This document shows, piece after piece, positions 44,775-55,178 of a stretch of 64,000 nt of DNA. Location of the stretch: IMG/VR virus record IMGVR_UViG_3300020190_000007, positions 1 to 64,000 of that record, one strand, 5' to 3'. Numbering within the stretch: position 1 is the first letter of the stretch; every line of letters begins with the position of its first letter. The notes under the pieces were generated by a model that worked only from the letters and a program-made list of their open reading frames with translations, was not told the origin of the DNA and made no database searches. This DNA is from a virus. The translations under genes were made by a program, and so were the position numbers.

Positions 44775-45941
44775 TTATTGTTTTCTAATATTAAAATATC
44801 CGTTTCCGTAAATTGATAATTCACCTGTGTTGTCAATTTCAGATAATCGTAATGTTTTTTCCATTACACCTTGTTTTCCTCTTTCAACAAAAATGTCAGA
44901 ATAGATTACTGGTTCATCAATAAATCCTAAGAAATGTTCATTTCTTGTAATAACCTTATTGATGACTTCTTCTTTTGTAAATCCTGATGTTGTACCGGTA
45001 ATTGTGGTAATTCCATCTTCGAAATCTTGATAATATAAATTATCAATTGTGTATGCACTGTAAGTCACACCATTTGTTACTCCTGTAGTTACACCTGAGT
45101 ATATATTTGAACCGTATAATTTTAATTCACTAATTTTACTTTTACCAATTGCTGCGTATGTAAATGTGGTATAACCTGTGTTGGTTCCATTATAGTCTAA
45201 ATCGTTTAGATAATTTTGACTTTGACCAGATATGTTGGTGTATGGTATTGTGAACCCGGAGAATGTCCCTAATGGGTTAGAGACAGTGGTATTTGAAGGT
45301 ACTTGTACTTTCTTTTTAGTTTCAAACTGACTCCATGGTGTGTTGATTGAAATTGATATGGTTGTTTCGCCGGTGGATGAATATGTTTTTGTTGCGGTAA
45401 TTCCAGTTGTTGATAGAATACTTGTAGTTCCATCTCCCCAACTGACAGTAAAATCGATATAATGTATTTCAGAAACTTTACTCGTGTCCACCGTATTGTA
45501 AACCTGAACTGTGTTACCGGTCTGAGTATAAGAAAAGTTACAAATTTGTTCAACTTGTTCAAGTTCCCCATCAAAACCAACCATTACACCCATTTCGTCA
45601 ACGTGTGTTTCTAAAAATATCGGTAACATATGTTCACCATACGCCTCCCCTTTTGTAATATTGTTCCAACCATATAGTTCTAAAGTTAAATCACAACCAT
45701 TGTCTCCGTAAGAGTTGGTTGGTATGGTGGTTCCTGTCCACATGTAGTAACCATCACCGACGGTACCGCCGCTTACATTATATACTATTAAACCTTCTAA
45801 CGGGTCAAGATATTTAGAATTTGACCAAGATATTAAACTACCCAAACTATTGTACCAATATGGACCATCGATTGAATACAATTTGACATTAAGAATGTTT
45901 TTCCTTAGTATCTCAAATTTTGTTGGTGATTTAATATCCAT
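44775..45941 (-). CDS. Virion structural protein with PKD-like domain
   Basis: FTVSWGDG motif; Thr/Gly rich. Confidence 0.65.
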   Translation of the reverse strand: MDIKSPTKFEILRKNILNVKLYSIDGPYWYNSLGSLISWSNSKYLDPLEGLIVYNVSGGTVGDGYYMWTGTTIPTNSYGDNGCDLTLELYGWNNITKGEAYGEHMLPIFLETHVDEMGVMVGFDGELEQVEQICNFSYTQTGNTVQVYNTVDTSKVSEIHYIDFTVSWGDGTTSILSTTGITATKTYSSTGETTISISINTPWSQFETKKKVQVPSNTTVSNPLGTFSGFTIPYTNISGQSQNYLNDLDYNGTNTGYTTFTYAAIGKSKISELKLYGSNIYSGVTTGVTNGVTYSAYTIDNLYYQDFEDGITTITGTTSGFTKEEVINKVITRNEHFLGFIDEPVIYSDIFVERGKQGVMEKTLRLSEIDNTGELSIYGNGYFNIRKQ

Positions 45942-46771
45942 TATTGTTTTCTTTCAAAAAAATTTATTGGTAAATTATAGGTACCTTTTCTTGAACCTAA
46001 AGAGCCATCGTATGCATATACTACAAATGAATAATTTGTTCTATCTACAATTACTTTATAGTAAACATCTTGCTCTTCAATATAAGGTGTTGTTGCATTC
46101 ACATTTTTTGATTTATTTACAAAATCTATTACACTTCCGTCTTTAGCGTTGTAATATTTTGCGGTCATATAAAAAGTGTTTCCTGTAATATTAGTTTCTT
46201 CGAATGGGGTGTCGTCGGAAAACCAAAAAAAGTACATATTTTCCGTGTTTCTATAATTAGACCCCGTAAAAACAGGCACGAAAACGTAATCATTTAATGG
46301 TAATGTAGCGCCTGATGGTGTGCCTGTATAAAATATTTTTTCACCAAGAGGTAATGATAAATTTTTTGCAAAAACCAATCTTCTATTTGTTTGATTTGGT
46401 GACGCGTCATGGTTGGTTTTGTAAAATTCTAACCTGAAGAAACTTTCTGTTGATTGTTTTAACATTTTTGAATTTTCTCTAAATGTTATTCCCACATCTT
46501 CATAGTTTTGTGAATAGTTACCCGAGGAATTTAGAAAATAAAAATTATATAATATGTCGCTTTGAATGAACGTAATGTCCGAATCAGAAACTACACTATA
46601 GGGTTCATGAATATACCTTACGGTTTCATAATTTTCAGTTGGATTAATAATTTCATATAAAATCTCTTGCTCCATTTGCTGAGCATTATCAGTCCAACCC
46701 AAATCTGTTTGAAACATTTGGTTTGGTTCAATTATAATTGATTGGTCATTATTTTTAACAAGAATTTTCAT
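45941..46771 (-). CDS. Virion structural protein
   Basis: 276 aa, coupled in structural operon. Confidence 0.6.
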   Translation of the reverse strand: MKILVKNNDQSIIIEPNQMFQTDLGWTDNAQQMEQEILYEIINPTENYETVRYIHEPYSVVSDSDITFIQSDILYNFYFLNSSGNYSQNYEDVGITFRENSKMLKQSTESFFRLEFYKTNHDASPNQTNRRLVFAKNLSLPLGEKIFYTGTPSGATLPLNDYVFVPVFTGSNYRNTENMYFFWFSDDTPFEETNITGNTFYMTAKYYNAKDGSVIDFVNKSKNVNATTPYIEEQDVYYKVIVDRTNYSFVVYAYDGSLGSRKGTYNLPINFFERKQ

Positions 46772-46772
46772 A

Positions 46773-48533
46773 TTAACATTTAAATTTATCTACATTCTTA
46801 ACTTCATCCTGTTTATTCCTGTGAATATTTTCATTTCGCAAATAAAAATCAATGTCGCTTTTTACGTAATGTAAATTATTAATAAAAGGAAAGTTGGTAC
46901 CAAAACCATCTGGGTCAATAAATCCATGGTCATATAAATCTCTCCATTTCCATAAGGACTCATCTTCAAAATATTTTGAATTCTGTGGTAATCCATACAC
47001 TTGATTTGTTTTTGAAGTCTCAATGTATGGGGACAATTGTCTCAGTTTTACTCTATGGTGTGGTTTATAATAAAGACCATACATATTTGTTACTGAACCA
47101 CCTGAAAAAGCCACAGTTGTACCCGTTTGTCCATAATCAAACACAAATAAAGGATTAGAAAATCTATGATATGATTCACTTATAATTCTTTCATTTAATT
47201 CTGAATGATTGTATTCAACAAAGGCACCGTGTAAAACTGTACCAACAGGTAAATCTATACCTGTTGTAAAATTATAGGTTGTTGCACTAATCGTTCTTGA
47301 GAAACCACTTGTTAATATAGACGTTTCAGTAGTTCCTGTACCATTAAAATGCTCGTCAACCCACGTGTCATGAAAATTAAACTTCCACCCAACTTTAGGT
47401 GGATATTCAAAATAACCATTTCTATTGGCTAAAATGGTACTGACATAAACTTCAGTTGGTAAATAACCTAAGTTATTGGTTAATCCCGTGAGAACAAATG
47501 GTTCTTTAAAATCATAAATTAATGATTCCATCATATTTCTCTCAACTAAAACATCGGAAACACCAGCGCTATTTTCTAAAAGTAATTTTCTTTCGTTTTC
47601 CCAAATGGATGATTCAAATCCAATTTTGTCTAATATGTAATCTTCTCTCTCTGTTAATGTTTTGTGTTCGTGAACGTAATAAATTGAAGTGGAACCTGTA
47701 ATATTATTTATATTAAGACATCTTTTACCAAAAACCACCGTGGATAGTGTTGAACCAGATGGTAATTCGGATTTAGATATTTCTAAAACATATTTTTCAG
47801 AATTATATATTGAATCACCGACACTTATAATTGTAAAAGTTTTACCTGTGACATTCACCGCACTGTTAAAACTTCCACCACTTAATATTATAAATTCACC
47901 TGATGACATTCCGTGTTCAACAGGGCTTGTTAACTTATATGTGTTACCAGTACTTTCAACTCGAAAAGGTATTCCATCACCTGATGTGAAACTAAAATAA
48001 GTTCCACCACTTAATGAATATTTCATTGGATAATCACTGTCTTGACCATATACATATGAAAGGTATATGTTCCAATTATGATATGGCGCGTCAATACTTG
48101 AAATTGTGGTATGTTCGGACGCTCCTGAATAGGTAAAAACAGGAGTAATTGTTGTTAAAGATGAGATGGTTTGTATTGTATTTACTTGTCTTAAAACGTC
48201 TTTTCTTAAAAAAGCAAATTCTTGATAGGGTATAAATCCATCAAAATTATTATCACTACCGTCACCGACTAAATACAATCTTTTTAATAATGGATTATAT
48301 TCAGATGAACCACTATAAAGATTTCTAAAAACCATTTTAAGTTTACCATGAATTTTATAGCTATTACTTTCGTTCCTTTCTTTATTAAAGAGCTCCGCGT
48401 TACTTAGAATAATTGTTCTGTCACCTTCTCTTAAAAGATTCTCAGTTTCCTCTAACCCAACACGAATTGTTTGGTCTTCATTGATTGAACCAAAAAATTT
48501 TTTAGATGGTAATATAATTCTTTTTTTATCCAT
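46773..48533 (-). CDS. Virion structural protein
   Basis: 586 aa, coupled in structural operon. Confidence 0.6.
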   Translation of the reverse strand: MDKKRIILPSKKFFGSINEDQTIRVGLEETENLLREGDRTIILSNAELFNKERNESNSYKIHGKLKMVFRNLYSGSSEYNPLLKRLYLVGDGSDNNFDGFIPYQEFAFLRKDVLRQVNTIQTISSLTTITPVFTYSGASEHTTISSIDAPYHNWNIYLSYVYGQDSDYPMKYSLSGGTYFSFTSGDGIPFRVESTGNTYKLTSPVEHGMSSGEFIILSGGSFNSAVNVTGKTFTIISVGDSIYNSEKYVLEISKSELPSGSTLSTVVFGKRCLNINNITGSTSIYYVHEHKTLTEREDYILDKIGFESSIWENERKLLLENSAGVSDVLVERNMMESLIYDFKEPFVLTGLTNNLGYLPTEVYVSTILANRNGYFEYPPKVGWKFNFHDTWVDEHFNGTGTTETSILTSGFSRTISATTYNFTTGIDLPVGTVLHGAFVEYNHSELNERIISESYHRFSNPLFVFDYGQTGTTVAFSGGSVTNMYGLYYKPHHRVKLRQLSPYIETSKTNQVYGLPQNSKYFEDESLWKWRDLYDHGFIDPDGFGTNFPFINNLHYVKSDIDFYLRNENIHRNKQDEVKNVDKFKC

Positions 48534-51500
48534 TATTCTTGAGATGGGAACGCACCTTTTGGTCCAAATAATTTTATAAATTTATCAAGAGCGGTTGCCC
48601 CAGGTCTTAATCCAAAATAAAATAAGAATGGTGTTGATAATATTTGTTTATTACCGTTGTAATTGACTTGTGTTGGTTTTAATATAAAATCAACATCAAA
48701 ATTCCAAGGTTTGGATGTCCATCCACCTACTTCACCGACTCTAATCCATAAAGTACCCGCGTATGCCGTTTCGGTATCTCCTGATGTAATATGTAAAAAT
48801 GTAAACCCTTCTTCTTGATTATCAAAATTAAGATGATAGTCAGCCGTATCTTCTTCATCAAAATCAGCAAGTGCAACGTTCGCGCCGGAAATTGTAAACG
48901 TATCACCTGAATATGTTTTAGTCATTGGAAATAAAACATAATTATATGTCGAATCTCCCGTAAATGCGTAATTATGGGACATACCCTGAAGATTTTGAGC
49001 AACAACACTTGTATAATCCCACGACTGATTAATACCTTCACCAAATCCGGGACCTTTTTTATCCCAATAAAAAAATGGTACCACCTGTGATGATTCTGTT
49101 AATCGTCCTGGCTCGTTCAAACAAACCCTAACTCTATAACCATCATCATCATCTAAAACAAAATTTATAGGTAAAGGTCCGTTTGTAGTACCGCTTTGTG
49201 ATTTGAAAATATTTGGATAATCTTCGGGGTCCAAAATTACTGGACTGTATTGACCATAATACCTATTTTGTAAATCGAACTCATCGATACCGACTTCGTT
49301 ATTAATTGAAATTAATTGTAGAACATCACCATTCATTATTTGGTTGTTTGTAAAATAAGGATAAGTAGTAAAACCATTGTTTTGGAAAAAACTTTTATAC
49401 GTGTAATTTGGGTTAGTATCCATTCGATAATTAATGTATAGACCTAACATTTCCTTAAAATTTTGAAATGACGTTGAACCAATACTTCTAACCACGGAAC
49501 AATTAGGGTCTAAAGATGGGTCTACACAAATTTCTTTTATAAATTCATCTCTTGGACCTAAGTCCATGACCGTGGTTGGGTATCTTAGTGTTGTAAATTG
49601 AGTTCCAACATCTTTTGTTATTTGAAATTGTGATGTTGTATTATTCCATTTTGTTGACCTATAATAAAACCTTTTTACAGCACTTTTTGATGATGCCTCA
49701 TCAACTTTATAGTATACTAAGTCTTTACAATAATTTGTACCCCTAAAATTTAAATCTAAAATTTCCTCATTATCCCATCTTACTTTAGCTTTGAATGGGA
49801 ACATATATAAAGAACCTGCTAACCAATTTTCAAAAAAAGAATATTTAGCGAGTCCTTCACAAAATACTTTGTTAACCAATTTTCTTCTACAGTATTCATT
49901 AATTAATTTAAATTGTGTTTCCCTATTAAAATCGTTGGCTGCGGGAATTATTGTATATATACCAAATCTGAATTCAGAAAAACCTGTTCGAGTGTCACAT
50001 CTACCACAAGGATTTAAACCACTTTGGTTTACGTAAGCAACCTGACCTACTATTATTTTATTTAAACTAATACAATTGGTACCTGGATTTAAAATAACTT
50101 GAGAGGGGTCACTATAATTGTCTGCAACATCTGTTGCACAATAAGTTGCCGGTACAGAAACCGTATTGTCGTAAATAGTATTATTAGATAAACAACCTTC
50201 GGGTAAAGACGTTGTATCCATCGCGGTTGCTGCTGTAACTCCTACTGGATGTCCACTATCATAAATTTCGTAAGTAAATCCCGACCAAACAAAATCCTCA
50301 ATAACCCCACTTGAATTATAACGATATGGTATATTAGTACTTTCTATTCCTTTATATCCTGTTGTTGCCCCCACAGAATATGTACCTAATGTGAATGAAG
50401 TTGTTATGCCTGTGGTGATATTGGCATTTAGATAATTAATATCGGATGTTTGAGCATTTCCATGCGGACTATATGAAATTATTTTAATGAAATAAGTTCT
50501 ACCCGTGGCCAAACCATTTAAATAATTTATATATAATTGGGTTGGGGATTGTCCATAGGTATATCCGGTGTAATTATATATCGTTAGACCTGAGGAAGGT
50601 GTTTCCGTTAAAATAAATTCATTTGTTCCATTTATTGGGTCGGCAATAAAAATATCTGTAACAGTTTGGTCACACGTACCCGTTACTACCGGTACACCGT
50701 CTCCGCCAGCATATGACATTGACCCGTCTCTTGCACAAATTCCTGTTACCGATGACCCACCGGAGGGTATCGATTGAGATTGAATTGAGTTGTTAGTACA
50801 ATCTCTCCAAGTGTAAGTGGTTGTACCAACACTTGGTGGCGGTAAATTGTATGTTGTACAGTTAACTAAAAATGTCAACTCATCCCTAACCGCGTAACCA
50901 TCGACAACTTTTTCATAAAGAACGGAGGGGTCACTAGTGGTATCAACAGATTGATTAAAAACTTCAATTTCATCGCACGACTGACATTCTGGATAAATCA
51001 CTAAACTAAGGTGAACGGTGCCCAATTGTTGTAAAAATTCAATAATATCATCGAGGAATTGAAATCTACCGAAGCCAAATACTGTACTACCAAACACCCT
51101 TATCCTAAAATACAATATATCATATAACCATTGAAAAGGTCTAATCAATATTTGCATTGCCCCAATAAACGCGGTGTATATTACTTTTTCAAAAGCATTT
51201 ATAATAATTGCTAAAAGAATTGAAAAATTAAATTGTTTATATGCGTAATTTGTGGGTGGGGTAAGAACACTTGATTCACAATCATCTTCTTCTTTAGGTG
51301 CAATATCCTTTATTCCAAGAAACGAAGACGGTGAAATAGTCCCTAATGGACCTTCAATATGTGAACTTATATACGATGTTACCGCGTAAACTTTATTATA
51401 TGTGAATCTATAAAAATAATCTTGGGGGTAATAACTACCATACGTTTGATTGAATATTATCGATGTGTTTTTTGCACTAGTTGGATAATCGTTCCAATCA

Positions 51501-52690
51501 AGTGAAAACGCATAAGATTTATCCACATCATTTTGATATTCACGTATGTTTGGTACTAAGAAACTACCTACGGAGCGAACCCTACCTAATGTTTGATTTT
51601 TACCCGATATTCTAAATCTATAACAAGCTGATGTTGGAATACCTTTGTTTGGGTCGTTTGTTATTTCGTTTTCACCAAATTCATTTGTGAATATAAAATC
51701 CATATTCATTGGTAATGGGACAACGAAAGAACCATCTTCTTCAATATCTTCTTGTATTTCATATCTTTCGAGTATAGGGAAACCATTACCGTCTTTATTT
51801 GGTGTAAACCTTATCATTTCAATAACCGCGTCAAATGTGGTTAAATCACACTTTCTACCCATAGCGTTTTTAGGGGTGCAAGTTTTATTTAATGTGTTTT
51901 TACCTTTATCTGAGTAAATTGAACCTAAGAAATATGCCTTTGGTTCCACTTTTACACCCTGACTAGATAAATCAAAATCAGTTCTGGTTAATCCAATTTC
52001 ACATAAATCTTCATTACCCCAAAAAGGATAAACCTCCACGGTTTGATTAAATGAAACTATTTGTGGTAAAGAATCAATATCGTTTGATGCTTTGTATGTA
52101 TAAGTGTTTTTAAACTTATCTACACCCGTACCTTGTCTGATAAAGTCATCTGGTCTAAGTGAAAAACAACCAATATCAGATAAGTCGACATCTACGTGAA
52201 TTGTTTGTGTACCAACAGGTACACCCCAAATCATAAAGTCACCAGCATCATTTGTTTTTACTGTGTATTTGTAATATTTTTCATAAACCTCAAGGACCTC
52301 TTCCCTTGTTAGAATGTCTTTTTGGTCAGGGAATGTTCCGGTTGGTTCATGTCCACCATGTTGTTTTCGACTTGGTAAAAGATTATATTTATAACCATCT
52401 TGATTTTTATCATCCACAGTTGTATATGGATATAAAACAGATATCACAGGGTCGTTTGTGTCTTCTTCTGATATTGGTATAAAAATTGAAACTCTAGCAT
52501 TTGGAACACCAAAACCATTGTTTACAAATATTCTACCACAAACCACACCGTAGTCTGAACACATTGACGAGTAAACTTCGGTCTGTGTAAATTTTAGAGA
52601 TAATATCTCCAATAAGTCAAAATCGTTTTTTAATTCGACAACGACTTTTTGGTCTTTACCTATATTTGTGGAAATTCTGTGTTTCTGCAT
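48533..52690 (-). CDS. Large virion/baseplate protein
   Basis: 1385 aa; N-terminal beta-sandwich (GVPNARVSI...TNDAGDF); internal Cys module. Confidence 0.65.
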   Translation of the reverse strand: MQKHRISTNIGKDQKVVVELKNDFDLLEILSLKFTQTEVYSSMCSDYGVVCGRIFVNNGFGVPNARVSIFIPISEEDTNDPVISVLYPYTTVDDKNQDGYKYNLLPSRKQHGGHEPTGTFPDQKDILTREEVLEVYEKYYKYTVKTNDAGDFMIWGVPVGTQTIHVDVDLSDIGCFSLRPDDFIRQGTGVDKFKNTYTYKASNDIDSLPQIVSFNQTVEVYPFWGNEDLCEIGLTRTDFDLSSQGVKVEPKAYFLGSIYSDKGKNTLNKTCTPKNAMGRKCDLTTFDAVIEMIRFTPNKDGNGFPILERYEIQEDIEEDGSFVVPLPMNMDFIFTNEFGENEITNDPNKGIPTSACYRFRISGKNQTLGRVRSVGSFLVPNIREYQNDVDKSYAFSLDWNDYPTSAKNTSIIFNQTYGSYYPQDYFYRFTYNKVYAVTSYISSHIEGPLGTISPSSFLGIKDIAPKEEDDCESSVLTPPTNYAYKQFNFSILLAIIINAFEKVIYTAFIGAMQILIRPFQWLYDILYFRIRVFGSTVFGFGRFQFLDDIIEFLQQLGTVHLSLVIYPECQSCDEIEVFNQSVDTTSDPSVLYEKVVDGYAVRDELTFLVNCTTYNLPPPSVGTTTYTWRDCTNNSIQSQSIPSGGSSVTGICARDGSMSYAGGDGVPVVTGTCDQTVTDIFIADPINGTNEFILTETPSSGLTIYNYTGYTYGQSPTQLYINYLNGLATGRTYFIKIISYSPHGNAQTSDINYLNANITTGITTSFTLGTYSVGATTGYKGIESTNIPYRYNSSGVIEDFVWSGFTYEIYDSGHPVGVTAATAMDTTSLPEGCLSNNTIYDNTVSVPATYCATDVADNYSDPSQVILNPGTNCISLNKIIVGQVAYVNQSGLNPCGRCDTRTGFSEFRFGIYTIIPAANDFNRETQFKLINEYCRRKLVNKVFCEGLAKYSFFENWLAGSLYMFPFKAKVRWDNEEILDLNFRGTNYCKDLVYYKVDEASSKSAVKRFYYRSTKWNNTTSQFQITKDVGTQFTTLRYPTTVMDLGPRDEFIKEICVDPSLDPNCSVVRSIGSTSFQNFKEMLGLYINYRMDTNPNYTYKSFFQNNGFTTYPYFTNNQIMNGDVLQLISINNEVGIDEFDLQNRYYGQYSPVILDPEDYPNIFKSQSGTTNGPLPINFVLDDDDGYRVRVCLNEPGRLTESSQVVPFFYWDKKGPGFGEGINQSWDYTSVVAQNLQGMSHNYAFTGDSTYNYVLFPMTKTYSGDTFTISGANVALADFDEEDTADYHLNFDNQEEGFTFLHITSGDTETAYAGTLWIRVGEVGGWTSKPWNFDVDFILKPTQVNYNGNKQILSTPFLFYFGLRPGATALDKFIKLFGPKGAFPSQE

Positions 52691-52696
52691 TATTCT

Positions 52697-52703
52697 ATAA
52701 ATA
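52697..52703 (-). promoter_or_regulatory. TATTTAT putative late motif
   Basis: 6 nt upstream of ATG 52690. Confidence 0.55.
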
Positions 52704-52742
52704 GAAAATTATGGATTTCCAGAAAAATAAATAAAAATTAAA

Positions 52743-54575
52743 TTAGAATGTAGTCGTTCCTAATGTTTTTACTCTGACTTTTATGTCTTTCTGAGGAAAT
52801 CTTATTTGATATATTTGGTTAGATTTCATATAGATAGTCATATCAGATTGAGCGATTTCTTTTGTGTTAGGGTCAATATATGACTGTAACACCTCAGAAG
52901 ATGAATATACCCCACCTACGTTATTAAAAACTCTTATATCAACAGCGTTTACCACACCGTTTACTTCACCTATTGTTTTATATAAATCACCAACAAATAA
53001 TGGGTCACCCATTTTTCTTTTTTCAATTGAAAAGTAACTAACAATATCCTCGATAATGGTTTTAACAATTTCTGTCTGATTACCATTTTTATCAATGACA
53101 ACATCAATTTCCAATGTAAAATCAACCACTTCACCGCTCTGAACCTCTAAGAAATCATTTACCATCCTATATTCAGCTAAGTAAGATAAAATATTATTTT
53201 TTAATGTATTTGAAACTGTATCAATAAGATTACCATTTTCATCATACGATAATAATTTAATTTTTATTTTATTGTCCTCTTCCATCACATTTACCTTAGC
53301 TGGTGCTCCATAGGTTGATGGCATTGTCTCAATTAAAGATTTGTAATCATTAAGAGTTACCGCCCTATTTTGTGCCGAGAAGTTATATGCAATCATATTT
53401 CTAACTTCTTCAATTGTAGGTTGGTCCGCACCACCAACAGCTGGTGTTACGTTTGTTACAATTAATGAATTCTGTACTTGAGTATTCGTTGATGAATTGG
53501 GTCCATTGATTGAAAATTCAACGTTATCCACACTTGTAATAATATCAATACCAAGATTACTGTCTTTACCACCACCAATTCTGTATTTTATGAATAATGT
53601 TGTATTTGATTTTGGTAAAGCACCTAATGATAAGTTATTTAAATAAGTTCCAAGACTTACTTTTAAATTGCCTTGATTATAGTTATCTAAATTATCTAAT
53701 GGATTAACATTACCAGAGCCAAATGTTACCGAAAAATAATTTTCGGGAGTATATTCTGTAATAAATTTATTTGTAACTGGAACGTATGTTCCCGATATGA
53801 AATTATCACTATCAGATGCTGATGTTGGGTCGGGTACGAATACTTTATCTTGTATTAATGATTTTACTTCGTACCATTTATTTTCAGAACTTAAAAATTC
53901 AGAGTTAGTTGGATTATTTACAAAGTTTGTTCCCTCTTTGTGAATTACTCCACTCACCCCTAATATGTTTTGTTCAGGTAAGAATATTTTTAAGAAAGGT
54001 TTTTGGTCAACTTCTGTTATAACTTTTCTATATATTCTTGTTACACCATTTACAACCGCTTCTCTTTTTACAATTGAGTATGATATGAGTCTATTATTAC
54101 CATCGAAATTTGGAATTTTTAATCTGTTTGGTTCTCCCCTTTTATTAAAAGGATTTGAGAAATCAATATCTTCAATTGTTTCAAAAACTTGCCCCCCACC
54201 AGATACCTGAGCCCCTGATTTAATGTTTCCCAAATAACGTTCATCTTCCTTATCCCCCCTTACGGGTACTTGTATAGTAAAATCACACAAAGAAACAGAT
54301 GGTCTATTTCCTGGTATTCTCATACCATATGTTTTAGCAATATGATACAATGATTTCCTTTGTGTTGCGAAATCCAACATTGTTTCTTGCCAAACCCTAT
54401 CAATATGAAAATGTAAATTATCTGTCACAGCGGCATTTAAATCTAATAAAACAGAATAAATTGACGCGTCATTTGTATTCTTAATTAAATCGGGATAATA
54501 TTCCCTTGTAAGATTAACTAATTCCTGTCTTAAACCAGCAAAGTCTCTGACGGCGTATGATATTTTTTTACTCAT
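52743..54575 (-). CDS. Baseplate wedge subunit (T4 gp6 / baseplate J-like)
   Basis: RDFAGLRQEL, GGAD, AQNRAVTLNDY. Confidence 0.88.
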   Translation of the reverse strand: MSKKISYAVRDFAGLRQELVNLTREYYPDLIKNTNDASIYSVLLDLNAAVTDNLHFHIDRVWQETMLDFATQRKSLYHIAKTYGMRIPGNRPSVSLCDFTIQVPVRGDKEDERYLGNIKSGAQVSGGGQVFETIEDIDFSNPFNKRGEPNRLKIPNFDGNNRLISYSIVKREAVVNGVTRIYRKVITEVDQKPFLKIFLPEQNILGVSGVIHKEGTNFVNNPTNSEFLSSENKWYEVKSLIQDKVFVPDPTSASDSDNFISGTYVPVTNKFITEYTPENYFSVTFGSGNVNPLDNLDNYNQGNLKVSLGTYLNNLSLGALPKSNTTLFIKYRIGGGKDSNLGIDIITSVDNVEFSINGPNSSTNTQVQNSLIVTNVTPAVGGADQPTIEEVRNMIAYNFSAQNRAVTLNDYKSLIETMPSTYGAPAKVNVMEEDNKIKIKLLSYDENGNLIDTVSNTLKNNILSYLAEYRMVNDFLEVQSGEVVDFTLEIDVVIDKNGNQTEIVKTIIEDIVSYFSIEKRKMGDPLFVGDLYKTIGEVNGVVNAVDIRVFNNVGGVYSSSEVLQSYIDPNTKEIAQSDMTIYMKSNQIYQIRFPQKDIKVRVKTLGTTTF

Positions 54576-54576
54576 A

Positions 54577-55029
54577 TTATATATTAATAATTACAAAATC
54601 GGACGAAACAAAAGGTTCATTATTTATGTCATAGTCAATTCGAACTTTTGCAGTATAGGGTTTTGTTGAAAAATCAGAGACTCTAAACAATCTTGAATCC
54701 TCATCTTCTTGTGGACTAATAGGTTCTTCAGGTTCTTGGTCAGCCGGGGTTACTCTGATAGATTTTATTTCTAAATTTGGGATATATTTTTTTACTGATG
54801 TTCTAATTTCATCCTCTATTTGTCCCCACGTAACAGCGTCGTTTGGTTCAAAAATAAATTCAATTAATTTAGTTCCAAAATCGGGTAAATAATATCTCGT
54901 ACCCTTTCTTGTTAATAATAAGTGAATTAAGTTTGCACGAATCTCCCTTTCAGGGGTTTCGGTCATAACCAAAAAATCACCCTTAGGACTAATTCTGAAT
55001 GGAAAATCTATACCATATGTAATCGCCAT
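54577..55029 (-). CDS. Baseplate wedge subunit gp25/GPW-like
   Basis: GIDFPF, LLLTRKGTRYYLPDFGT; start moved to ATG 55029. Confidence 0.88.
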   Translation of the reverse strand: MAITYGIDFPFRISPKGDFLVMTETPEREIRANLIHLLLTRKGTRYYLPDFGTKLIEFIFEPNDAVTWGQIEDEIRTSVKKYIPNLEIKSIRVTPADQEPEEPISPQEDEDSRLFRVSDFSTKPYTAKVRIDYDINNEPFVSSDFVIINI

Positions 55030-55033
55030 ACTA

Positions 55034-55040
55034 ATAAATA
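55034..55040 (-). promoter_or_regulatory. TATTTAT putative late motif
   Basis: 4 nt upstream of ATG 55029; second copy at 55061-55067. Confidence 0.55.
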
Positions 55041-55066
55041 TAACTAAACAACAAATACTAATAAAT

Positions 55067-55092
55067 AAAAAATCCCAACCTAAGTTGGGATT
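55067..55092 (-). terminator. Intrinsic terminator after nrdA
   Basis: AATCCCAAC/GTTGGGATT stem followed by T-run. Confidence 0.8.
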
Positions 55093-55178
55093 ATATATTG
55101 TTTGATTTTTTTGCTCTTGTATAATCAAACAAAGTAGATGTATTGTTAATTATAAAATGTCAATGGAGCCACCTACAG

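Noticed and set aside
55030-55128. Upstream start for gp25-like ORF (similarly 23507, 24271, 16438 and 1498 for their ORFs)
   Set aside because: The extensions run through terminators, promoters or neighbouring genes; downstream ATGs fit the motifs
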